Source: the human T2T-CHM13v2.0 reference genome, Homo sapiens | Reading direction: 5' to 3' (one strand) | Length of the DNA stretch: 64,000 nt | Assembly (NCBI RefSeq): GCF_009914755.1 | Contig: NC_060938.1 | Part shown: positions 11,976 through 25,699 of the stretch, in pieces | How positions within the stretch are numbered: position 1 is the stretch's first letter | Layout of the letters: the number at the start of each line of letters is the position of its first letter | Notes under the pieces: generated by a model | The model's input: the letters and a program-made list of their open reading frames with translations, nothing else | Database searches by the model: none | What the model was told of the DNA's origin: nothing | Made by a program: the position numbers and the translations under genes

Positions 11976-13714
11976 CATCCCTCAGTTTTGTACTTCTTCA
12001 AGGCTCTACTTTTGTGTGGCTTCCTCTTACCTGGAAATGACATCATTACCCAGTTCTTCCTAGGTCATTCTGGAAGTCACTTGTAATTCAATTGCCAAAG
12101 GAGCCTATTAACACAGCAGAACAAATTCCTGGCATCTTAGGTATTTTCCCAAAGCTTCATAGGCATGTTCCATTGGCATCCTTGTCCTGGGAGCCCTGTG
12201 TACTTATGTTCTAGAAGTCTGTAACAATTTCAGAAAAATCCATTGTTCTTTTCCAGTGGATATTTGCTTCCAAAATAATGGCAATTTTATTTCACTGGGA
12301 CAGATACCACGAAACTGCTAATCATTTTGCTGTTCTCAAAATCATTGACTTCCTTTTCAGCTGTCTGTAATGAATATTAAGTGGCCATATTTGAGGGAAT
12401 TAGGTTGCAACTAAGTAAACTTGGGAAGTGTATTCAGGAAGTAATTAGAGTTCTTATAGGACTATTGTTAGCATTCAGACCTCAATTTCATAATATTTCT
12501 TGATAAAAATCATAACTTCATTCTCATTCTCAAGACCATCTCTTTCCCCTTGTAAATTCAGTCACCATTTTTCATTTTATTCCATAAACAGTGTGATGAC
12601 TTTTTTATTCACTGATAAGGAGGACCCCAAACATTTTACCCTTTAAAGATAGAACTTCAGGAGCATGTACTTGAGAAAATTACTGGAAACCAGCTTTAAA
12701 ATTGCTGCAGCCACACATTCAGTGTCTTAAGTAGGATAAAATGTGGCTTATATGCACTTTTTTTTACAGTACCTGGAAGTAGAGGAGAGTTTTGGAAATT
12801 ATATTGAATTCAGTCTTACAAAAATATAAACTTTAAATATATTTGATTGCATCTTTAAAATGTACCAAGTAGTAAGTTTCATTCATTTATGAACATACTA
12901 AAATCTCTTGTTCTTGGGTATATTTGTGATACCCCTATGATTTCTGATCCACAATAGAACTATAATTGAAACAAAGTCCAATAAAAGAAAAAATTAGTAG
13001 AACTCCCCATGTTCTCTTCTAACTGGCCCTGAGACCGTTTGAAGAACTTCTGACATAACGGCTTTAGTGAACTACAGAGTCTCTTAAAATTACATCTGGG
13101 AACATACAGAATTTAAAACAAAACAAATCATTGTTTAAAAGTTTGTCCCATTGTTATCCCTGTAGCTGGTCCCTGCAACCTTGGGAACATTCTTCCTCTC
13201 TGTATTTCATGAAGTTTGCATCTAACATTACATTGAAGTTTTTAAATTTGTTGGCTAACATAGAAAAACTTTTAAATGGACTATTTTTGTGGATGTACAA
13301 ATGAGTAAAATACTGACAGTGAAACCGTCTGCATTTATGGGCATGGGTTTCAAGTATGCACAAAAAGCAAGCTGTAATTTTAAATGAAAGAGGCAATATA
13401 ACAACTAAGGAGTTATTGAGGTGTATACTTAGAGTTTTAATGGGGTTATTGAGAAGGCTTGCAAACATCCTTTTTTCAGTAGGATACTGTCACCTGCATC
13501 ATGCACTCAGGAGAGTTCATTAGCCACTTGAAAATCCATATAGATTCCACAGAGACAAACTTAGGTACATATGGAAATAATAGTTAACATTTATTGAGCA
13601 TCTTGTGCGTGCTAAGCACTTGGTTAAATACCTCAGCTGTCTTTCAGTTAATACTTGAAACAATTCTGGAAGTATATGCATCCCGTATATAGGTAGGTAC
13701 ATACATATTGCTAC

Positions 13715-14285
13715 AAATACAGTTTTTAAACATAATGGTGCTACATGTATATTGTTATAAACCTTTCTTTCTTCTCTGTCTTTTATTCTGAATATGTTCA
13801 TTTTTTTCATGTCAGTCCCATGGACCTAGTACTTTCTTTGTAACCCTGGGCATAGGGTTCTTTAGCACTATTTCTCAAACTTTGCTGCACATTGGAATCA
13901 CCTATGGGGCTTGGAAAAATACCCATGCCTGGGCCCCAACACCAGAGATTCCGATTTTATTGGTGTGTGGTACAGCATTGTTACTGAAGTATGAGACAAC
14001 ATTTATTAAAACATTCCCCTACTAAAAGACACATGATTCTCTATTACAAGTTAGGAAACCTGTTTTCTATTTCACAGTCATAATGAACACCTTTGTTGAT
14101 ACATCTTGGTGCCTGTGTATGAATGTATCTGCAGGTCAAATTCTTAGATATGCAATCTAGAAAGTGTAAGATGTGGATCAAAGGGCCCGTGCATTAAAAT
14201 AATAACAGACACTGTCAGATTGCCTTCCACTGAGGTGGTGCAATTGACTTTCCCATCCACAGGTTAGGAGATTGCCCATTGTGGG
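13715..14285 (-). mobile_element. Old L1ME-like fragment interrupted by a MER5 element
   Basis: aatgaacacctttgttgatacatctt...ggatcaaaggg...cagattgccttcca are L1ME-like phrases. Confidence 0.5.
13866..13978. mobile_element. MER5-family hAT-Charlie fragment
   Basis: tttctcaaactttgctgcacattggaatcacct...cccatgcctgggcccca...cagagattccgattttattggt. Confidence 0.75.
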
Positions 14286-15537
14286 GCTGAGGTTCTTCCC
14301 TCAGTCATCTTTCACTCCGCCGTGTTTTTTTTTTTTTTTCCTTTAAGTTTGTTGTATTTTTAGAGGATCGTATATCTAAATGCTTATGAAAGTTCTCAAC
14401 ATGAAGGGAGGTCGGGCAAGTTCTGAGTCAAGGCGTTATTTCTCTAAGTCTTTTTAATGTCATGTCTTTGGAAGTTTTATAGCTGACATACCAACTTAAT
14501 GCCTTTAATCATCAGAGAAGATGTGTAGCAATACCTCCTAGAGCCACACAGCACCTGAAACAGGACAGTGTTAGAGGCGACTGTCCTCTCTACTGCCTTA
14601 TTTCTATACTTCATCTTGCATACAGTTGAAGCGTTCATCATCTTTCCATATGCCTCTTTTGAACATCCATTATGTAAAATTTGTAAGTAGAATCTTTACA
14701 AAGGGCAGGGTGCTGCTTTTGAAGGGAGTTCCAGTTTTTATAATGTGATTCTGTCATTGTTTCTGGGTGGCTTCTCCTTGCTGCATCATCAGCAGGACGC
14801 ATTAAGAAAAGCTGGAGCCGAGGTGTGGTGTAGTGCTGGCCATGATGCAAAGCTCAGCGTGCTGCCCCAAATGAGTCCCTCTGAGCAGCAGGCATTGTGG
14901 AGAGACTCAAGCTCTAATTAACAGCTTGCCACACTGTAATTTTCAACTCAGGACTCACCATATACTTAGCTCTCTCTAAACATTTTTTTACATTTGTAAT
15001 GGCAAACTGTGGCAGTGTCCACATGTGTTCAGAATGATCTTTCTGAGGAAAAAGTGTGAAAGCCAGCGGCCCTGGGTGCTTATATCTTGAGGGTTTGCAG
15101 TAGATTTTCCATCTTGGTAATCAGTTCACAACCACTTCTTGGCCAGAGAAGATAACCTTCAGACTTAGAAAGCAAAAGGATAAGTAGATGTGATCAGTGA
15201 CTGAGGATATCAAGGGGAATCATATCAGTATTACAAATGTCAGTGTCCTTGCAGTAACTAAATTTGGTATGCAAATATCAGAGTTTTTGTACAGTTGTTT
15301 GGATTGGAATATTAAACCTGCTGAATTCTTCAAAATATACAGGAAAGCTTTTTTAAAAAAATGCCTTTTCCCGTCCTGCTCCAGAAACCCTCAGAGAATT
15401 TCCCACAATTTGCAGATAAGCTGACCAACCTGCAGAGCCCTTGATTTAGTGATGACAACTGCCCTATAGAGATTAAACCAGTCTCATGCCAGGAATTTAC
15501 TCTGCTGATACACACAGGAATGTCAGAGAAAGGAATC

Positions 15538-15596
15538 TGGTTAACATATTTCCACCAAACAGTGGTTAACATATTTCCACCAAACAGTAGTTAACA
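15538..15596. repeat. 25-bp tandem repeat, ~2.3 copies
   Basis: TGGTTAACATATTTCCACCAAACAG occurs twice exactly, followed by TAGTTAACA. Confidence 0.95.
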
Positions 15597-16059
15597 AATA
15601 AATCCTCACCCCCAACTTTTTAATGTAGTTCCCACTTCCCTTTATAGTGTCCACTCAAAAGCCATCAAACATTTCTTGAGTACTTCAGGGTGCTAGATGG
15701 TATGAGGAGACAGAGCATCTCATTTAACCTTTAGACTATGCCTGTGAACAGTTTCTCCCTGGGCTAAGAAGCAATCTTCCCCTTGGTGTGAAACATGAAT
15801 TGGCATGTTTCTTTTAATTAGTACAGCTACATGATCCATCCATTTTCTTTTTTTGCATGGGCTGCTTGGAAGCTCACACCAAAGTGTTGTGCTCTAGCTT
15901 TCCTAATCTTAGATTTTTTCGTGTACAGCCCCCTGGGTTTCTCCCACCTTGACTTTCTGTGTTTCATTCTGTGTTGAAATTTTCGTCTCATTGTGTTTTC
16001 ATTGTAAACCATCTTAATTCACTTTCTTACAACAGAGGGGAGGCAAAAATATGTACAAC

Positions 16060-16170
16060 TTTATTTTTACAGATGATAAAACTGAGTTTCAGAGGATGTA
16101 AGTGTCTTTCCTAAAGTCATTCCAAGAAAGAAGTGGTGGAGCTGTTATTTGAACTTGTGTTGCAATTCTG
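16060..16170 (-). mobile_element. MIR
   Basis: ttttacagatgataaaactgagtttcagagg...cctaaagtca. Confidence 0.7.
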
Positions 16171-19100
16171 CGGCTGCCTATGTGATATTGTGTCTATCAG
16201 TTTTTCCCTAACTGGAAAGCACAGGCATCTTCGTGAGAAAGTTGGAGGTTTCTTAATTGTTACCAGAGAGTGAGGCTAATTTTAACCAAGAATCTTTGTT
16301 CTTTGTGATGTTTCATTTTCTCCTGTTGAAATTGTATTAAAGTAATCTTCGCATAAAAGTAGGAGAACATAAAAAGAGGAAGGTAATTAGTGAGTTTTAA
16401 AATTTGCTTTCAGTGTAAACATGAACATATAAAGACCTCTGGGCAAAATTTTGTTTCTTTATTTTCAGTTCAGCAAACTGTCATTTACCAAGTATGCCAA
16501 GAGCCATTTTTCTCCACAGAAGCCTGTGTAGAAATAAAAATTATACCTCTTTGGCAATAAAATGCCTCCATGATAAAATACAGTTATAATATTTGAGAAG
16601 GAACAAGATTGAACAACATCTGGTTTGGGGCTGTGAGGGCTGGGAGCAGTACTCACTTCCCCAGGGGACCCTGTCTAGGCCTCACCAGGGAGAGGGACTT
16701 AGTGTGACCATGAGCCCTCAGCCCAGAGTACCTCCAGTATCTTCTTTAATCCATAGTAAACTTTGCTTCAAGATATGGTAAACATAATTGTTGAAATTAA
16801 GTATATATCTATTCAACTTCGCATCTCTCAAAATTTGCCTGCATTATTTCAATTGTGAGGAAGTTAAAAAATGCCTAATAATATATTTCTTTTTTAAACA
16901 ATGTCTTTTAATATTATTTGCATTTTCTATGTGGATGGCACCAAAGGGTGGACTGCTTGTTTGGGAAGATCTGAAGCCTTAAATACCAAAAGTGTGCTCC
17001 TTGTGGTAGGGGGACATTTTCAGAGGCAGCCACATTTACCTGTATTTGTGAAGACTGACTTTAGGGGTCATTACACCTGGATCATAGAGGACCAGAGTGT
17101 GTAGAGTACAGGTGATTGCCGGTATCTTGTAACATACAAGTATTCTTTTCCATGACTGCTGGCCTTAGTCTCAGATTTTTGAAAGAACTGCTGGTGATTC
17201 AGGAAAGTTGCATTCTTTTGTATATTTGTAAAGAACAAAACTTGGCCTCTTAGATGAGGGAGAGCTTTGATGTGACAAAGCTGGCTGTGGAGTTGTAATA
17301 TTTTATGTTTTTGTAGCCTCCACAATTTAAATTTGTCTTTGTACGGTATCTGAGTGGATCCCTTAGAGACAGATTGGAACCCAGAGGGAGAAAATTATTT
17401 GCATTTCTTTTGACTTCAGCTTACATTTGTTTATTGACTTAACTCACAGACTAGCAACAGGTCAGCAGGGGGAGGGCACAGCTCTCTGTGAGCTGTGATG
17501 TCTTCGGGTGCTCCAAGGACACTTTGGGTTTGGCTCCTCTCCCAGATGATCTAGACGAGATGTCTTGGCTTCCAGACTCTGGTTTCTGTCACGTGAACAG
17601 CACAAACTTCCTAACTCGAGAACCTTGTTATATTGGCTTTAGGGATTTATACCCTAAACCCATGGTTATGGTATTACGTGACACAGAACAGTTGTTGCCA
17701 GCTTTTTAGGATCAAAACTTGGAGGTCCTCTTCTTTGCTGCTTACATGCAGAGTTGGGCATAGTGTTTCTGGCAGGGCTTGGAGAAAGCCTGTTAATTAC
17801 ATGCTGGTTGAGGCCTGGTTTGGCCTGAGGGTATGCATGGACTTCACCTGGGTGCCCTCCTCCCTTATCTAGGGAGAAAGTGGGCAGTTCTGGCTTCCAC
17901 TCTGTGTCCCCTGCCTATGCTGAGGCAGAGAGAGCAGACAGAAGTAGAAAGTGTTTTCAGGGTGCTAATGGCTTTTTTGAACATTTGCATATTGGTTTCC
18001 CTGTGCATAGATGCTCTCATTATTTTCCTCTTGCCTCAGAAAAGTTACTGGGTCTAGAGGACCACCTGCTGGGTGAAGTTCCAGGAGCCACTCCAAGAAG
18101 TGCCCTATTAGAACATCCTTTTGTGATCAAGTGTATGGGCAGGGCTGTCCCTCCACTGAACACACTGACTGAGAAACGCCCTTTCCGTTTCCTGATGGAG
18201 AGGATGTTGAAACCTGCGGGGAACACACAATTCCCTTTCAGACGTTTCTCCTATAAGCTTTAGACTATATCCCGTGATTTTTTTTTTAAGCTCCAAATAG
18301 TATTTGGCATCTGGTGTATTTGGGAAATGAAACCAGACATGAGGAATGTGAGAGAGGAGAGGGATGGCCAAGGAGAGAAGCAAAGTAGTTTTTTTCCTTT
18401 CACATTTTTCTTGATAAGACAATTTGGGTTAACATTATTGTGTTGTTGCAATGCAAATTACACATCAGAGCCCTCTGGAAAATTGCAAAATGTGAGGTAA
18501 ACTGCAGTTCTGAAAACATGGGTGTGGCAACTAAAGTGGAGGGTCCCCCAACCTTTCTCTTTAAAGATGCTCTTATTGCATAACTCTGTTTTCTTGTCCT
18601 TCTTTTTATGGTTGTGACATGAATTCTATTGTTTCAGAAATTCCAGAGACCATTTATAGTACCAGAACAATGACTATATTTTAGTGTTGAGATTATAATT
18701 CTTAGGAAAATTCAATGTCAAATGCTGTCTATCTTGATTCATATAATAGAAGTGGGGAAGAACAATTATGGTCCCCACTGCACTTTGCAAGTGGATGTAA
18801 AAACTCTCACAACTTCTAACCAAGTTGGTGGCTCTCAGGAACTAATTGTCCCTCCCTCCCTCCCTCCAGCATATCTTGACTGCCATTTCCACTAAACCCC
18901 TCTAGCTAGAGGAAAACCTTGGCAATTGGATTCCTCAGTCTGGACAGTCATCTTATAAATGTGTGGCAGAAGTCCTGATGGATCAATTAAAATAGTCTGC
19001 ATATCAGCAAAAATCTGTTTTGTTTATGCCAACCTTAACATTTCACTCATGTATTAAATACTGATTGTGTCTTGGTTTGTGGAAAACAAACTTTACTTAT

Positions 19101-20164
19101 CACATATATTGTGACTTGACATTATCAAAGGGAAAGTATTAGGGAGGGTTTTCTTGTGGACTGTAGGTTGTTCTCCAATGTTTTATCATCATAATTATCA
19201 TCATCCACATTCCCTAAAATTTGGCCTCAGTTTTTGACTGTTGCTACATTGAGAGTCTTGCCTGTTTTGTTGAAGAGCAGTACAAATGACTCTGACTTCT
19301 AGCTAGGCCACAGATGGATTGGATTTCTTACTCTTTGCTAAGGAAAATGCACCTGCTCCAGAATCTTAAGAAGCTTTTTAAATTGTTTCCTTGTGTATAG
19401 CATAGCACTAGTCATCTGTAATGTTATAGATGGATTGCAGTTTGGATGTCCCAGAAGTGACTTCTTCCTCTGCAACAATGCCAGAAGCTGAGATTAGAAG
19501 ATGTGCTCTGGTTCAGGGCCCAGCTGTCATGGTGGAATTAGTCCTCTTCCTCAGGCTGATCTGATTAAAAAGAGACCGATATGGAAACCTAGGTCCCTAG
19601 TTTCAGAAGCTATGCATTCCTTCTTCATCGGACAGGAAAAGGACCAACTCCCCTCCCTGCTGTATGTCTGCACTAGACTATGATCTCCCAAAATGGCATT
19701 TTGAGTTTTCTTCGTCTGTGTCTCCAGTACCTAACACTCTGTGGGTGTATTGAGGAGGTTCAGATCATGATGGCTGAGTCAGTGAATATTTTCTTGGGCA
19801 AAATGTTGACTGAATATAAGATATTGGGGAAATGTCTAAAAGATTTTATCAGCGAGTCTCTTTTCAATGGCACTTACTTGGGAATGAGTTGAAAAACTAT
19901 GCACCAGCTAGTTTGGCCAGAAACTCCTCGCTCTTGGGAAGCTGGAAAGCTGCAAATATCCCAAGGATGGAATTCATTTATGAGGCTTCTGTCAGCATCA
20001 GAAAGCTTGACAAGTGCCTAAGGAGAACTTGATGATCTGATTGGCTTCAAATGTCTTGGTGGGTTTGAAAACGGATCTGCAGACAACTATGGGAAGAACA
20101 CCCAGTCACGTATCTCTGACATTCAGAGGTGAGACCATCTGTTCACTTAGGAATTTATACTTTT

Positions 20165-20490
20165 GCATTCAACAAACATTTGTTGAGAATATACTACGTG
20201 CCAGGGATTGACTAAAACTTAATCCCTGCCATCAGGATCTCACAGTCTAGTGGGGGAAATGGACATTAAAAAAAAAAAGGCACTCAAATATGTATATCAT
20301 GCTAGAGGTGTAGAAAGAAATGTGTAACTATCCTGGGAAACTGAAGGCCTACAAAGCAGCAGTATTTGAGCAGAATCTTGAATCACCATTCAAGTGGAAG
20401 AGAGCCAGATAAGGAAGACACCGCAGGCTGAGGACACTGTAGACGTGTGGGCTGAAAAGTGCAACCATTGCCGAGGACTGATGAGTGCAC
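20165..20490 (-). mobile_element. L2 3' end
   Basis: cattcaacaaacatttgttgag...tactacgtgccagg...ccctgccatcaggatctcacagtctagtgggg. Confidence 0.7.
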
Positions 20491-20589
20491 GCACGTGCCT
20501 GCGTATGAGGCATGTTTAGGGTATTGGGAGATGTGGGCCGGAAAATAAAGTTGGCAAGGGTCAGGGCAGAGACCTCCTTCCAGCACGTA

Positions 20590-21105
20590 ACTCCTCTGGT
20601 CTGGACCCTGCCATCTTCAGCCTCTTCCTTCCTAGCACCCCCACGACTCAGCATCCACCATGGCCCATTAGGCTTCAGCCACATTGGTCTTCCCTAGTGA
20701 CTCAAACATGCCGGCTCCCCACCTGCCCTGGTCTTCACACACACCTCCTTTAACCCAGAATCCTCTTCCCCAACACTTTGCAGGGCTGGTCCCATTTTAT
20801 CCATCAGGTCTCAGCTTAAATGCATGTGGTCAGGAGAGGCCATCCCTGATCATACTATCTGAAGGACCTGCCCTCCCACCACTACCACCATTGCTCTTCA
20901 CGTTCTTCCTTCCATCCCCTATAACATGAGCCAACTTCAGGAATAATGTTTTAGTTTTCTTGATTTTTTTCCTGCCTTCCCCAAAGCACACAGGCATCTT
21001 TTCTCATTTTCATCCCTCTTCCCTTAGTGCCCAGCACAGTGTTTGGAATATTTGGCTCATAATTTTTACTTGATAAACATTTGACTTAATGATGAAATGG
21101 ATGGA
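20590..21105 (+). mobile_element. L2 3' region
   Basis: cttcagccacattggtcttc; aggtctcagcttaaatg; agaggccatccctga; agtgcccagcacagtg...atggatggat. Confidence 0.65.
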
Positions 21106-21326
21106 TATGATGGGCTGGGGCAGCTGTTGTTACTTTTATGATGTATGGGCTTCTCCGCATAAACATCTCTACCTTTACCAGCAAATCAAGTGTGTTTGGG
21201 CATGGGCAGCATTCAGGGTATTGGGAGATGGGGGCTGGAAAATCAAGTTGTTAAGGGCCAGTGCAGAGACCTCTTCAGTGTGTGGCCCCTCAAACTTCTG
21301 TCTTCCTGATGGCCCACCTCCTTCCA

Positions 21327-21422
21327 TCTTAAGTCTCACCTATGAAATGGGGGTGATGAAATGAAGTGATAGTCTCCTCTTAAGTCTTACCTGTGAAATG
21401 AGAATGATGAAATGAAGTGATG
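21327..21422. repeat. ~51-bp imperfect tandem duplication
   Basis: tcttaagtct(c/t)acct(a/g)tgaaatg....tgatgaaatgaagtgat occurs twice. Confidence 0.9.
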
Positions 21423-22656
21423 GGTGCGAATATGCATATTAAATCATATATACTGGGCAGTTGTTGGGATCACTAGTCAGTGAAGTGCTAGGGAAGTTAA
21501 GGTGGGCAGGTTCTTCTGAGGGGTCCAGCGGAATGATTCCTTTTGTTTCCTGTTTTGGTCTGTATCTGAAAGACTAGGCTCTGAATAGTGGAGCTCCATA
21601 TATGGGGAAAAAATGGATGCCTGTTGGAAATCTCCAACACATGCCATCATCTAGAGTTTAGGGATGGGTTTAATAAAGGACCTTGTATTTGGGGATCCAT
21701 GGAGGAGCCAGCATAAAAACTTGGCCTTTGGGTTTCACTGAGGCTTCCACATACAAATTACCTGTCAAAGGCAATATTTTGGTACTTATTGAAAGGATTT
21801 CAATTAGGTTCTTAAGTATAGTAGACTCTGTGTCTTATTACCCATCTCCGAAACTAGCCAAGAACTTCATATTCTTTTGTTTACAGAACTGTTGGGATTT
21901 TCTTTTTAAGACTTGAAAAATGCTCTGGACTGATTTTTAGATCTTAACGTTACCCCCGACTTCTCGCCCCTCCTCAGTACAGCCAGAATGTAATATAACT
22001 TGGGTTTAAGTGAAACTTGTAACATGCAAAAGGAAAACTATTGCTGTTTATTTATTCTGTAAATACTTTGATTGTACCTCTATGTGCAAAACACTAAGTG
22101 ACATGTGCCATGTCACTTTTCCTCCCGATTCTTCAATGAGGGAATAAAGACCCAGACCTCGATTTACAGTTAACTGTTGGCTGTACATGATGGAGGTCAC
22201 AAAATGCTAAGAGAGCCCAGACCATATCTAGTTAGGCAGATTAACAAGACTGCCTGAAAGAGATAGCTGGAAATGAGCTTTGAAGGCTGAATGTGGGCCG
22301 TAGGACCCTGCATGAGCTGGTCCTTGCCTATTTTAGCTTACTTAATTTTCTTGCCCTCATTTCCTGGTAGCCTGAACACTGCCTTCCTGCCCTGTCTTCC
22401 TGGGGAACACTTCCCCATCCCCCACAGTCATACAGACCTTGTCAGTAGTCCCAGAATGATCTCTCTTCAGTTTACCAAGGATAAGATATGGGACACTGGC
22501 CTGGCTTCTGAGTGGGATGTGGTCCCTGCCCTGAGGACACATACCAGAGACAAATATTAACAGTTATATTTTAATGAGATAAGTAATGACTCCCATGTCC
22601 TAATGTACATCAGCGCTGCTGCTGCCTACCTGTGTTGGGTACAAGAATTGAGATTA

Positions 22657-22970
<314 letters not shown>

Positions 22971-23719
22971 TTATAGCAATTTGACATTGCTGAGATCTTT
23001 CAGTTTATAACAGATTGGATGAAAACAACTAGTCCTTTACCACAGATAGTTTGAAAAGCTGGTATGTAGATTAACCTAACTTGGATATTTTTGATAGGAA
23101 CATTTTTGCATACTCATGCTCATTTCCCCCTCTAATATAAGCAGATAATCATATCAATGGGTTTTTTAAATCTCACTTTATTAATTGTGAAAATAGTATG
23201 TCTTCAATATGCCAACTTAGGAAGTGCAGAAGAGTCTTTTTGTTTGTTAAAACAAACAAGGTAATCTCTACATTTGTCACAGAACTAACTGCTGCCTGTA
23301 TTTTGTTATATTTATTTTGTCCTTTTATCCTGCTCATATATGTAAATTTTTTCTCACAAAAATGGGACACTGTATTGTTTATTCTTTATGTGTTTGCATG
23401 TCATTAAATATTATTTTACAAAGGGCTGCTTGGTAGTCTGTTATCTAGTTGTACCATAATTTATTTACCTTTTCTGTATAGTCCTTCATTACAAGCACTT
23501 ATTCTATGCCCTTATTTGCTCTTGCAGATAATGCTTTGGAAATTTCTGTGAAAACATTTTTTATAATATCTCTGAATATTTCCTAAGCATACATTTTCAG
23601 AAGTAGAAATACTAGGTCAAAATGTGTGACCATTTTAAGACTTTGATAAATTGCCCTTCAGAAATGTAGAACTGAATTTCAGCTATCAGTAGCAGTGGGT
23701 GTACTCTCAGGATTGGTAC

Positions 23720-23980
23720 TTTCAGGGTGGGAGGATGTTGCTAGACAAAGGCAAGAGCGAGAAGGAATGAGTAGTCTACTTGGGTGGAAGGTGAGAGGAG
23801 CGCAAGATGTTTATGGGGCATGGAAAATGGCCTGTTGAGTAAAGTGTAGGATATTTTTGAGGAAGTAGGAAAGACAGAAAAGTTGAGCTGAAATCCACTG
23901 AAAGCCAATTTAGAATGGTATTGGGGAGCCATTGGCAGATTTTTCAGCAGGGATATGAGAGCCAGGGCTCTGCTCTGAGA
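23720..23980 (-). mobile_element. L2 fragment
   Basis: aatggtattggggagccattggcagatttttcagcagggatatga. Confidence 0.5.
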
Positions 23981-24009
23981 AGATGGTGGCATATACAGCA
24001 CAGTCTATA

Positions 24010-24320
24010 CTATACCACTCATTCCCTGTACCCTTCATGCCCCTTCCTACCTCATGCCTTTGCTTGTACTGTTCCCTCTGCCTAAAGACCCTGTTTTCCA
24101 TATTCTGTCAAAACTCCACTCATCCATCAGGGACCACCCCCAGATCCTGCTCAGTTTACATGGCACTTACTGGCATATTACCTTTATTATAACTATCTGG
24201 TGAACTACTGTCTCTCACTAGATTATGAGCTTCTAGTGAGTGACCTGTTCATTTCCATATGCTTAGGTGACTACTGTCATTCCTGGTACATAGTGGGTAT
24301 TAATGCACATATGCCAAAGG
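24010..24320 (+). mobile_element. L2 3' fragment
   Basis: cctttgcttgtactgttccctctgcct; cactagattatgagcttct; cctggtacatagtgggtattaat. Confidence 0.6.
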
Positions 24321-25544
24321 AATCCCAATTATGACATATGTCTCAGTATGACCTTGCACAAGTACACCCTAGGCCAGGAGACATATGCTTCAACAGAACA
24401 GGATGTTGGATGTTTGGCTTAGTCTTTATTTAAGAGCCAGTTACAGCATCATTGTGGACTCTGTGATAGACACCCTGCTTTTAACCTTTCCCTCTCTTCC
24501 CGTCACAGAACCTCCCAGTTCCTGACTGTAGAGACCACTTTGCCTTCAAGTCAGCGGAGGACTAGACTGTGGAAGTCTCTGGAAATTATAGTTGTTTATG
24601 AGTGCTTTTACTTATTTACGTAGTAGTGTTAATTACAAAATCAAGAAATTGGCTACAGATTTTGGAGTTGGATTATCTGATTTGGAAGATGCCATAAGTC
24701 GATGGGTTGGAGTTTACTTTTAAAACTTAAGAACAAAAAAAAGTTCAAGGAAGGCATCTGTTTTCTCACTGTCCACATTTGTTAAATGTTGACAAACTTG
24801 ACCCTAGTCTTTCTTCTATGTGTATACTTTTATATTTAAGTATATAAATAATGCATTCACAGCCTTGTTCTACCACCTTCCCTGACCAAGATATGTTTCT
24901 CCTCCCCTGCCCTTCCATCTCTTGAAGGACCAATTCTCATCCCACCTTTTTTTTTTTCTTTTAACCTCATCTCTTTTTTAACCTCATTGAAGACTTATAA
25001 CAGTTACACATCTAAATGTATCCACTATTCTTAAAAAAGCATGAAAAGAACATTTTTTTTCTTGCCTTTTTCTAATCTTATTCCACTCTCAGAAGAGAGG
25101 AATTAGGGATTTGCTGTCTATCCTTCTGGACCATTTGGTGGAAATTAATTTACATGTATGGCTTTTTGTATGACGTTTTTAAAAAGACGCAATGGCATCA
25201 TGCTATGCCTATTGTTCTTCTTTGACTTGGTTTTTTCAATAGACAGTATCAACTGGAAATCTTTCCAAGGCAATATATACAGTTGTAACTTAAAACATAC
25301 CCTCTATCATCATTAAAAACATGTTTTTGTGGTGAAAATTTGGATTCAAAAGGGTAAAAATGAAAATGAATAGTTCTCCAACCCTCTGTTTTTATTTTGA
25401 GGATTACTGCTATTAGTAATTTCTTTCATATATTTATAAATACATACATTCTTTAAATCATGTACTCCTATAGCATTTTCAACATTTTCCCATATCTACA
25501 TATACAAATGCCTTGGTTCTTTTAAATGAGTGTATAATATTCTA

Positions 25545-25547
<3 letters not shown>

Positions 25548-25595
<48 letters not shown>
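25548..25595. repeat. (GT)24 microsatellite
   Basis: Uninterrupted dinucleotide run. Confidence 0.97.
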
Positions 25596-25598
<3 letters not shown>

Positions 25599-25699
25599 TT
25601 AACCATTTCCTTTCCTTGCTGGTGAATTCATTTTCTCTTTTCAGTTTGAAAATTTCTGGCCCATCTAGCTCAAGTCCTGGCTTTGTTGTAAATTTGAAT

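Noticed and set aside
17880-18263. 127-aa ORF in non-repeat sequence
   Set aside because: It starts at GTG, has no recognisable domain or splice-site framing, and is overlapped by similar ORFs on both strands, consistent with chance.
17588-20500. E-box/HRE/AP-1/ARE-like motifs (GTCACGTGA ~17588, GCTGAGTCA ~19773, CACGCACGTG ~20488)
   Set aside because: Short motifs at chance frequency that cannot be supported without chromatin or conservation data.
24478-24510. Strong-looking acceptor cttttaacctttccctctcttcccgtcacAG
   Set aside because: No convincing donor within exon distance. Isolated acceptors are common in long introns.
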